A stretch of 61,608 bases of DNA from a virus. Its lineage: Duplodnaviria > Caudoviricetes. Under the pieces are notes generated by a model that was not told the DNA's origin, did not search any database, and worked only from the letters and a program-made list of their open reading frames with translations. The DNA lies in the IMG/VR virus record IMGVR_UViG_3300032136_000005, positions 1 to 61,608 of that record; one strand, 5' to 3'. Below are positions 26,328-35,300 of the stretch, one piece after another (the stretch's first letter is position 1; every line of letters starts with the position of its first letter). The position numbers and the translations under genes were made by a program.

Positions 26328-26600
26328 ATGAAAAACCGAAAGTTAGTAGATATTTTGAATGAGCGCATCGCTGATCTTGAGGCAGAACTTGCCATGCGCG
26401 CTAAGCAGCTCGGTGTCGCCTGCGAAAAGCATGATCTAACCCATGCACTTGCTTGCGGACGGTGCTTGCACGAGGTTGCCGCCGAGAACGAGCAATTGCG
26501 CAAGGATATAGCGCGCCGTGATGCTCAAATCGAAACCTTGTCGCGGTGGCTTGCAGAGTATCAGGCAGAGGTAGCCGCACTGCGCGGCGAGGGGGAGTGA
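26328..26600 (+). CDS. Ead/Ea22-like coiled-coil protein
   Basis: RIADLEAE, AENEQL motifs. Confidence 0.55.
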   Translation: MKNRKLVDILNERIADLEAELAMRAKQLGVACEKHDLTHALACGRCLHEVAAENEQLRKDIARRDAQIETLSRWLAEYQAEVAALRGEGE

Positions 26601-27013
26601 TGAGCACAAACGACTATTTGAAATTTGATGGGAGATTCTCGGAGCCGCCGTATGACGACGACAAAGATAAGCGCATCGCTGAACTTGAGAATGAAGCAGA
26701 GAACTGCAAAAACTATTGCTTGAAACTCTCCAAAACCGTCACCGAACAAACAGCAGAGAACGAGTGGCTTCAAGCACAGATTGATGAATCAATCGTGCGA
26801 GGTCAGAAGCAACGGGCAGAGATCGAGCGGCTAAAGAAAGGTGAAAAAGCCGCAGATAAGGAAATCGAACGGCTACGTCTAGTTCTGGATGCCGCATCTT
26901 GCATTAAGCACTGGCACGACTCTGGAGAAGACGGAATGGTTGTTAGTGCGGAACATGTGAGGAAACTATGGTCTGCGCTCAACGCCGCTATTGGAGACAC
27001 CAATGAACCATGA
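26600..27013 (+). CDS. Ead/Ea22-like coiled-coil protein
   Basis: TGATG overlap; KRIAELENE, AEIERL. Confidence 0.55.
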   Translation: MSTNDYLKFDGRFSEPPYDDDKDKRIAELENEAENCKNYCLKLSKTVTEQTAENEWLQAQIDESIVRGQKQRAEIERLKKGEKAADKEIERLRLVLDAASCIKHWHDSGEDGMVVSAEHVRKLWSALNAAIGDTNEP

Positions 27014-27233
27014 AAACACGTGGGTAAGTGTCAACGACAAAGAGAAGATGGAACAGCTTACTCCTGGTGTATGGGTCTATTGCCGTTTAATTGATGGTCA
27101 CAGATGCTTAAGCACTATCTCGCCTGATGGGAATTGGCTTAAGACTCGATCAAATGTGACCCATTGGATGTACCCAGAAGACCCAACACCTTATGAGATA
27201 ATCGACGCCGCTATGGGAGACACCAATGGCTAA
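27003..27233 (+). CDS. DUF551-like protein
   Basis: WVSVNDK...VTHWM.P..P. Confidence 0.65.
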   Translation: MNHENTWVSVNDKEKMEQLTPGVWVYCRLIDGHRCLSTISPDGNWLKTRSNVTHWMYPEDPTPYEIIDAAMGDTNG

Positions 27234-27363
27234 TGATATGTATGCGCTTCCTGATAGGTCTTTAACCTCTGATCCGGCAATTGCTGCCGAGCAGTGGGCG
27301 AAAGCGTTTTACCAAGCAAAAGACGCCATCAACAGGATGATCGAGTTTGAGTCGTGGCAGTAA
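27226..27363 (+). CDS. 45-aa hypothetical protein (not in ORF track)
   Basis: GGAG RBS and ATG inside junction repeat; MANDMYALPDRSLTSDPAIAAEQWAKAFYQAKDAINRMIEFESWQ. Confidence 0.55.
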   Translation: MANDMYALPDRSLTSDPAIAAEQWAKAFYQAKDAINRMIEFESWQ

Positions 27364-27385
27364 TAGAACTGAAGAGCATCGTGAA

Positions 27386-27616
27386 ATGATATTTGAACAA
27401 GTTATAGCATTTTTTCTGATGACAATAGTGGTTGCCAATTTTTTCACCGGGTGGCGTCTAGTACGGGCAGTTTTATGGCTGGCATTGTGGCAAGTGCTTA
27501 CTCCAATCAGACCTTGGTATATAGACATCCCTCTGTTATTTCTATGCTTTGCAGGAACAGAAATAGCTTTTCACTACCTGAGAATCTTACTTTTTAGAAA
27601 GGCGCAAAAGGTATGA
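27386..27616 (+). CDS. Small AT-rich multi-TM membrane protein
   Basis: About three hydrophobic segments. Confidence 0.55.
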   Translation: MIFEQVIAFFLMTIVVANFFTGWRLVRAVLWLALWQVLTPIRPWYIDIPLLFLCFAGTEIAFHYLRILLFRKAQKV

Positions 27617-27861
27617 CAGATAACCAGAAGATCGCGGAGCTTGAGGCGGCATTAGAAAAGTCTTTAACGGATTGCCAAAATTGCATTGCTGAGCAAGACA
27701 AGCGAATAGCTGAGTTACAGGAAGTGAACGAACAGCTTCTGAAAGCAATTATTGGTCTTCGTGAAGATGGTAGCTGGATTTCAGGCATATGGGTTCCGTC
27801 AGATTCAGCATATGAAGCAGCAGACGCAGCAATCGACGCAGCTATGGAGGGAGAGGAATGA
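27613..27861 (+). CDS. Ead/Ea22-like coiled-coil protein
   Basis: KIAELEA, KRIAELQE. Confidence 0.55.
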   Translation: MTDNQKIAELEAALEKSLTDCQNCIAEQDKRIAELQEVNEQLLKAIIGLREDGSWISGIWVPSDSAYEAADAAIDAAMEGEE

Positions 27862-28202
27862 GCGGAGAGACAATGGAAAAGTGGTTAGCTGATGCAAACC
27901 AGCGCATAGCTAAGCTTGAGAATGAATTGGCTACGTACACCTCGGCTGAAGCAAACGATCCGAAAACATGGCCGACTGTACTAAAGCAGATGAAACTCAT
28001 TGGCGAGCTTGAGGCCTACATCGCAGAAAAGAGCGTACCGCTCGACTGGTATGAGAAGGCGCAGGCAGAGAACGAGCGCCTGCGAAATAAGTTTACCAAT
28101 GCAGTGACTCGCATGGATCGAGCGAGACACATACTGACAGATGGAAAACCGACCCCAGGGAATAACTGGGGGATGCTTGATACTTCAGACTTGGTTGATT
28201 AA
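27858..28202 (+). CDS. Ead/Ea22-like coiled-coil protein
   Basis: RIAKLENE, AENERL. Confidence 0.55.
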   Translation: MSGETMEKWLADANQRIAKLENELATYTSAEANDPKTWPTVLKQMKLIGELEAYIAEKSVPLDWYEKAQAENERLRNKFTNAVTRMDRARHILTDGKPTPGNNWGMLDTSDLVD

Positions 28203-28517
28203 AAGAGGGCGGCAGGAGAAGAAGGGCGGATCGAATTTGAATCGCGGCAATGAAAGTCCTGGATCTTTTCAGCGTACTAGAGAGCAACCATGGGCAGATA
28301 ATCAAATCACCATTGCGCAACTGAGGATGATAACTGTCGAGGCACTCCGAGAAGCTACGGGTTGCCCTGACATTATTGGTCGCGATGGCTGTTCGCTGGT
28401 CGATAAGATTGAACAGCTAGCGCGGAAACTATGACTGCATAATGGGGATGACTAAAGAAGAATGTTTAAGCAGATACCGTGCCAACACAGACAGGAGCCG
28501 CTATGGAGAGGGAAAGA

Positions 28518-28546
28518 TTGAACACGCTGGAGTAGTGGGATAGGAT
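28518..28546 (+). promoter_or_regulatory. Putative sigma70 promoter for small RNA
   Basis: TTGAAC-17 bp-TAGGAT. Confidence 0.55.
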
Positions 28547-28551
28547 TGCCA

Positions 28552-28641
28552 GGTCGATAGCTCCGGCAAGTTTTCGACTTTCATGCGTACCCTCTCTCCT
28601 AGTGCAATTAGGCCCCGACCCCCCAGCCGGGGTATTTTTTT
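28552..28641 (+). ncRNA. Candidate ~90-nt small RNA
   Basis: 5' hairpin GTCGATAGCT/AGTTTTCGAC, CU-rich CCCTCTCTCCT tract, terminator hairpin with T-run; no ORF. Confidence 0.5.
28613..28641 (+). terminator. Rho-independent terminator at convergence of rightward and late transcription
   Basis: ACCCC-CCAGCC-GGGGT followed by ATTTTTTT. Confidence 0.7.
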
Positions 28642-28674
28642 GCGCGTGATGAGGGTGATTGTTGCATCAGCACA

Positions 28675-28983
28675 TCATGTGCTGGTCGGCTCACCATCCC
28701 GGCTCCACCAGGATTTTCCGGGCTCTGGCTCGATCCGGTCGTAGGGAATGGGCGGCCCTTCATGCTTCTGTTTCAAATTGGTTGAGACCTCTTCACTGGC
28801 CACGCCAAATCTGGCCTCATCCTGGTCGCATAATGCTTCCCAGCTGACCGGATCCTTCTTGGCGCGCTCCAGAGCCTCCTCGTACTCATCCTTGGCGTAC
28901 TCCCAGCGTTTCGCCATTGCGCGGATGCGGGTCTGCAAAGTCCGCCGCCGGCAGATATCGGCGGCACTCTCTTGCTTAGCCAT
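28675..28983 (-). CDS. Hypothetical protein, last gene of late operon
   Basis: 102 aa, overlaps upstream stop. Confidence 0.6.
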   Translation of the reverse strand: MAKQESAADICRRRTLQTRIRAMAKRWEYAKDEYEEALERAKKDPVSWEALCDQDEARFGVASEEVSTNLKQKHEGPPIPYDRIEPEPGKSWWSRDGEPTST

Positions 28984-29119
28984 GCTTTTTCCTCGTCACC
29001 GGCGCCTGGCCTGGCTTGCGCAGGGAGTTGTAGATTTTTGCTGCCTTGGTCTTGCAGGCCGCGGTTTTCCCGCCCTTGGCGATGCAATTATCCCGAATCT
29101 TCTCGTACTTCTTTGGCAT
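28976..29119 (-). CDS. 47-aa very basic hypothetical protein
   Basis: MPKKYEKIRD...KAAKIYNS; ATG coupled to Acb2 stop (TGATG). Confidence 0.6.
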   Translation of the reverse strand: MPKKYEKIRDNCIAKGGKTAACKTKAAKIYNSLRKPGQAPVTRKKHG

Positions 29120-29343
29120 CAAAAAAACGTCGGCTTGGCGACGGAGCGAACCGCCGACATGAATCCTTTTTGAAGATCCGTTCTGGCAATGGCCAGCCAA
29201 CGCTGGTCGACGCTGGGATTGTTCGCCAGGTCGTCGATCATGCCGCCGACCAGTTTGGCAGTGTTCTTGACCTGGTTCATGGTGCCGATCTCGTCCTCGT
29301 CGAGCTCGCGGTAGCCCTCGATCTTGCGGTGCTGGTTGTCCAT
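29119..29343 (-). CDS. acb2: Anti-CBASS protein Acb2 (cyclic-oligonucleotide sponge) homologue
   Basis: MDNQHRKIEGYREL...I..MN.VK...RWLAIARTDLQKGFMSAVRSVAKP..F matches my recollection of Acb2. Confidence 0.85.
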   Translation of the reverse strand: MDNQHRKIEGYRELDEDEIGTMNQVKNTAKLVGGMIDDLANNPSVDQRWLAIARTDLQKGFMSAVRSVAKPTFF

Positions 29344-29358
29344 GCGCTTGCCCTCTTG

Positions 29359-32300
29359 TTATTGCAAATTGGGATGGACCTTTGATTGTAGCGCGTATTG
29401 CCGAAGATCTTCGACTCTGCGCTTTATGCGCTCATTCCAGTCCGCTACCAGCTCTTTACGGTCCTCCATGGTCAGGTTTTTATCCCTGGCCTGCTTGTTG
29501 CGGCGCTGGATCATTTCCGTGATCTCGAACCTTGCCCGCTTGATATTCAGCGTTCTGGAGTGGACTGGATCCACTGCGTAGGTGTTCACGCCGAACAGCC
29601 GCAGCGCCGCCTGGGGAACCGTGCTCTTGGGCTGGCCATAGCGGTCAACCGTGTTGTTGAGAGCCCGGTACATGTGCCCGGCAACGCCATACTCGGTAAG
29701 CCAGGTCGGGGCCGACAGCTTGTACAGGTAGTTCATCAGATCCGCGGCCTGCTTGGCCGGGTCGTCGTACTTATTGACGATCTCGCGGCCAGTGAACGGG
29801 TCGACGTTGGTCTTTACGGCGGCGATCATATCGGGAATGGGGCCGCCCAGGACGCCGGTCGATTTCACTGCATCGCCAATCTCGCCCCTGCCGACTTGCT
29901 TGGCCATTTCACTCCACATAGTCCAGGGGAGGAAGTATCCGAAGTCAGCAGCAAACCACCGGCCGCCAGAGTCCTTCCATGGCAAGAAGTAAGCATGGCC
30001 TCGATCCTGCAGCCATTTCGGAAGCGCCAGGCGCAGGGCCTCCACGTCGTCGTCGTCGACGTCTGCGGCCTGCTCCAACAATGCGGACATCGCGTAAGGT
30101 ATGGCAAGATATGGGGCGAAGCGCCAAGGCGCCGTGACCATAGTCTCCAACAACCTCGGGGCGACTTTCATGTAAAACGTCAAGAACGGCACGCCCACCG
30201 GTGCGTTGCGCAGGTAGCGCATCGATGGCGTGACCAGGGAATAGTCGAAAAGCCATTTCTGGGCCTGCAATGCAGCGTCCGCAGGATCCGCGCCCTTCTC
30301 CAGCTCGTCGATGATCTTGGCGGTCTTGAATATCTGCTCCGAGAATTGGTACGCATCGCTGGCGACGTCCATGATTTTCGACCACAGCAGCTTGAGCTGG
30401 ACCCATGTGTATTGGCCCTTGGTCTTGGCCTCGAGTTCGAGCATATCCCGCTCCATGCGGAATAACTCTTGGGCGGCGAAGGTCGATTCGGTGACGCCGT
30501 ACTTCTTTGCCACATAAAAGCCCTTCCACTCGCTCTTTGGCTTGCCCTGGCCGGCGGCGATAATCTGGCGGATCGCCTGGATCACACGCTTTGGTACCCG
30601 GTGGAAAGGCACGCCAGACAAGTGCAGCAGCACCCCGTTGGACACGAAGTTTCGCACCTGGGCCGGCGGGTTGGCGGCGACCTTCATCCATTTCCACAGC
30701 TGCGTAAACTTGGTCGCATAGCCACCGGTGCCAAGGATCTGCTCGGCAATTGACTGGTCGCCGGATACCACGTTCATCGAACCAACAATGTCGTCGTGGA
30801 TCTCCTTGCGCACCACCAGGCCGCGCATGACGCCAAAGCGGGGTTTGTTGGGGATCTGCTTGAAGCCATCCGGAACGCTGGTCAGCTGCTCGTCGGAAAG
30901 CGCATCCGCGACTGCCTGTTTCATGCCCTGCATGATCTCGGTGGCCTTGCCCTGGTCCTCGACTGGCATGTGGGGTATCTGGGCGTCGAGCCGCTTGGCC
31001 TCATTTGCAAGCCAGAAAGGTGTCACTTTGCGGGTATGCGTCTCGCCCTCGCGATCGGTCCAGCTCCACTCCATGATGGATTGCTGCAGGATCCAATCGG
31101 GGTTGTTGGCGATATCGGCAAGCCAATCCAGGATGGCCATATCGCGCTCCTGCTGGCCGTAGCCCCTCGAGGCCAGAAACGCCGGGTCGCGGATTTCCCC
31201 CAGAATCAGCTTGCGGATCTCCTCGGGGATATCCTTGCGCTGCTTAAGGTACCCCATGTCGCTTGGCATCTTGCCGGTGCTCATGCGGACAATATCCTGG
31301 TCCCTCAGTAGGTGCATGAGGTACAAGCGCGGCAGGTAGCTTCCCTTGTTCTGCTCGTAGACCTCCTCGGACAGTAGGCCTCTATCAACCAGGCGCCGGC
31401 CTGTATTCATCATCTGCAGCTTGGCCTGGACCGCAGCCTTTCGGGCGGCTTTGTTCTCGATGATCTCTGGCGAAACCTCCGCATTGGTCAGGTACTCAAA
31501 CACCTTTGGCGCTTCTTCGCCGGCAATAGCCAGGGCTGCGTGCAGCTCCTTGGCGCGATCGCTGATGCTGGCGATCTGGCCCAGGGTTTTGTAGCGGCGC
31601 TTCAGGTAGTCCTCGCGGCCTGGCAGGGTGCCGATCGAGCCGAACGAATCCAGCTTTTCGTGCATCTTGCTCATTACCTTGGACATTTGGTTGACCTTGG
31701 CGCGCGTGCCCAGGTCGGAGGATTGCTTCTTGAACCTGATATCTTGGTTCGAGGAATCGAAGGTGCCGCGGTTGCTGGTCGATTTGATCTGCTCTGGCTT
31801 GAACGCGATTACCTCCTCGATGCGATCGCGCCAGTCTGGCCTATCGCTGTCGCTTGCGACAATCACTACGCCGTCATGTCCCTGGGCTTTAGCCTGACCA
31901 ACCAGGAACGGGTCGGTGATTCCTTCATACTGATAAATCAACGGATTTTTGATGCTCAGGTAGACCGGGTAGACATAGCCGCGCTGCGCCTTCCTGAGCT
32001 GGTCGCGGTGGTCTTGCCATTTCTGCGAAAACTTCTTCAGCTCTCTGTATTTGGGGCTGTCATAACCAAGGTCGATAGCCTCCATCATTGGCGAAGTGCC
32101 GAGCTCCTTTGCCTTCTTCTCGTAGGCCTCATACAGTTTGTCGCCAACAGGGTCCGTATTGATTGCTGCATCGTTGGCGTAGCCCTCAGCCATCCAGCTT
32201 GAGGGTGTAAAGTGGACGCCTGGCCCCCAATCGACATTTTGTACATCGCCGGCGCGGTTGGTATCGAATACCCGAATGTCGCCGCGCGCTGTGCCGTGGT

Positions 32301-35300
32301 ACATGACGATCGGCTTGCTATCCTTGTCGGCAATCTTGCTGCCCTCGAACCAGGCCTTAAACGCTTCAGTCTCGGTGACATCAGCGGGGCCGTAGTTGTT
32401 GGTGGCGGTCTTCTGGAACATCGGGAAGCCGTGCTTGCGGGCGGTCTCGTTCATCGAGTCGGTGATCTCCATCGTCCAGACTTCGACCGTCTCGTTCTCG
32501 TAGTACGGGGCGCCGCCCTGCACCTGGATACTGCCAGGCTTCACCTGGGCGCCGAACTTCTTGGCGAACTTCTTGGCGTAGTTCACCAGCATCCGGTCGT
32601 AGAACATCATCATGCCGTGCCCGCCCACCTTCAGGTTTTCGCCCTCGATGGTCATCACATCATAGCCGGCGTCGATCGTGTTGATCCGGTTCGTAAAGGT
32701 CATGCCAGGCGGGTTCCCTTTGCGGTTCTCCTGGGTCAGGCGGGCCTGGGCGTCGATGAGCCTGGAATAGTTGCCCATGTTCTGCTCGTTGCCGTCCTGG
32801 TCGACCGAAATCACCTGGTATTCCTTTGCCCGCTCGAAGCCTTCGCGAGCGGCGTACTTCTTGGCTATCTCGGCGCCGACATACTCCTCCAGCTTCGCCT
32901 CCTCGATGCTCTCCTCCTTCACCACGCTGCCCTCGTTCCAGGCCTGGATCTCAACCATGCCGGCCTGGTCCGGGATCAGCATGATCTTGTCGGCCACGCG
33001 TGACAGGCTGTAACGCTCTGCCTGCTGCTCGCCGGTTGTCCAGGCAACCAGCTGGGTGCCGTTCCTTGCGGCCTCCCAGACTGCCCAGCGGAACGCGGCC
33101 TCGTGCCAGGTCTTTTTCAGCGGCGCATCTGGCACGCCCTTATTCATGGCGCGCTCTCGACCGCTTACCTCTTGGACCTTGAGCTTAAAGTCGACCACTT
33201 GCTTAGTCAGATCCAGCAGCTCGTCGCGGATTGGGTCCAGCCTGCCCAGGAATGGCGCCATCGCAGGGTAGTCATCCGCGACCCTGTTAATCTCCTCAGC
33301 CATCGACCGCGTAATTTCTCCCGCCGGCTTGGCTACACCGCCGGCGTTCTGCGACTGGCGGAAGCGGTGCCACTTGTCGTAGATGCCGAATATCTTGGTG
33401 CCAAGCACATTGTTGAGGCGGTGCTTGTCATTGACCGCATAGATTTCCTCCATGATGTCGTTCGCCAGGTCGGCCTGCTGCGCGGCCTCACCCTCCAGGG
33501 CCTCGACCTCCTTCTGGAAAGCGGCCTTGGCCTTGGCCAGCTTTTCCAGCTGGGCAGTGTCGGCTACCTTCTCGTAACCATGCTTGCGGCCTTCCTGGTG
33601 CCAGTCGGATTGGATCTCCTCGATCAATGTGGTTGATCGGCTGCTGCCGTCCAGGCGATCGGTCAGGCGAACGTGCATCATCACGTCCTCATCGCCCCAA
33701 TGCCCGCCGCTGAAGTGCTTGGTCCGGGTCGCGGGCATGTTCTGCAGCTGCAGCAGGATCTCCCGGTAGTTGGACTTCTCGGCACCTGGCAGGGCGTAGT
33801 CCTTGTACTCAGCCTCGCGCAGCTGGTCGTTGGTGACGTCGGCGGGGATCGATGGTTTGCCGGTCTGCTGCAGCTTCTCTTGGGCTGCTTCCTTGGTCTC
33901 CCGGACAGTGATATCGCGCAGCTCCTCGATCAGGTCTTCGCGGTCGCTGTTGCTGCCCTCAAGGCCTCCCACACTGTTAAGGGCCTCCCAGCCATCGCCC
34001 TCGCCTCCGCTCTGCAGGGTGTACTCGTTGGATACCAGGGTCTCGCCCGCGTAGTTGCCGTCGATCGTGATCGACTGCTCGTATTCGGGGAATTCGTAGT
34101 ATTGTGCATTGGCATAGTTCATCGCCAACGGCATCAGATCCTCGTCGGTCGGCTCGTAGTCCTCGGGGTACTCGAATAGCTCGGGATCGTCGCCGATCTC
34201 CATGTCGTTCTCTCTCAGCCATTCACGCACCAGATCGTCGCGGTTGTCGGCCAGGTAGTCCTCTGCGTTGGACTCCAGGAACTCGTCGGACGGGTCGACC
34301 TCCCTGACGTCGCCTTCCTGCGTGTCGGTCTCAACGTCGTACTCGTCGAATTCCTCCTGGATGACGCCGTACAGCGGGCGGATCTCTGGGGCCTGGGCGT
34401 AGGCGATCGCACTGAGCTCGTCGCGGGCGACAGACTGATTGGACCGCTCGGCCAGGTACTCGTCGACGCCGGTCCATGCCAGCTCGGCCTCTTTCACGCC
34501 GCGCTTGCGCAGCATCCCCAGCCATTGCTGGCCGGTGGCCTTCGCCTGGGGGGTGTCCTCGATGGCACGCGCCAGGTAGGAATACAGGGCGGTGGTCGAC
34601 TGGCGCTCCTGGCTGAAGCGACCGGGGCCGCTCCTGGTCGGGGTCGTGCGGCGGGCCTTCCCGGTGCGGATCCCCTCAGCGATCGAGGCGACCAGCTCGC
34701 GGAGCTCGGCCTTGGTAACGACGCCTTTCAGTAGGCCCAGCTTGCGCAAAGCCTTGTTTACCAGGGTAACGATCTCGTCCCAGACCTTCGCCATGCCCTC
34801 GCGGGGCTTCTCGGCCAGGCTGGCGAACACCTCCTCGGCTTGGGCCAGGGCATCGCCGGCCAGGTTGGGGTTGTCCTTGCGCACCTCGGCGAACACTGCG
34901 GCCATTCCGGGCATGTTCTCAGACGCGGCGATCTTCTCCAGAATGGCCCGCTTCGTCTTGGGGTCGAACAGATTGAGGCCATAGTGGGCCAGGATTTCGT
35001 GGCGCATGGCCTCGATGGCCTGCTTCTTGTTGGCGATGTTCTCAGCGACCAGGACCAGCTCGCCGGTCTTGGCGTAGTAGGCGGCGCGCACGGCCTCCTT
35101 GATATCGGGGAATCGCTCGGCCTGGGTGGCGATCGTGGTGATCCTGACGTCAACGCGGTTGTTCAGGCCCTCCAGGAACGTGCCCGCCGCTTGCTCGACG
35201 TCTGCTACGGGCATGCTATTGGCAGGCTTGCGGCCCAGCTTGTTCTGCTTGCTGAACCACTGCTCGCCGCCACCAGACATTTGCCCCGACTGGCTCAGGG

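Noticed and set aside
28546-28580. H-type pseudoknot using TTGCC/GGCAA
   Set aside because: TTGCC lies upstream of the predicted transcription start; the simple 5' hairpin explains the sequence better
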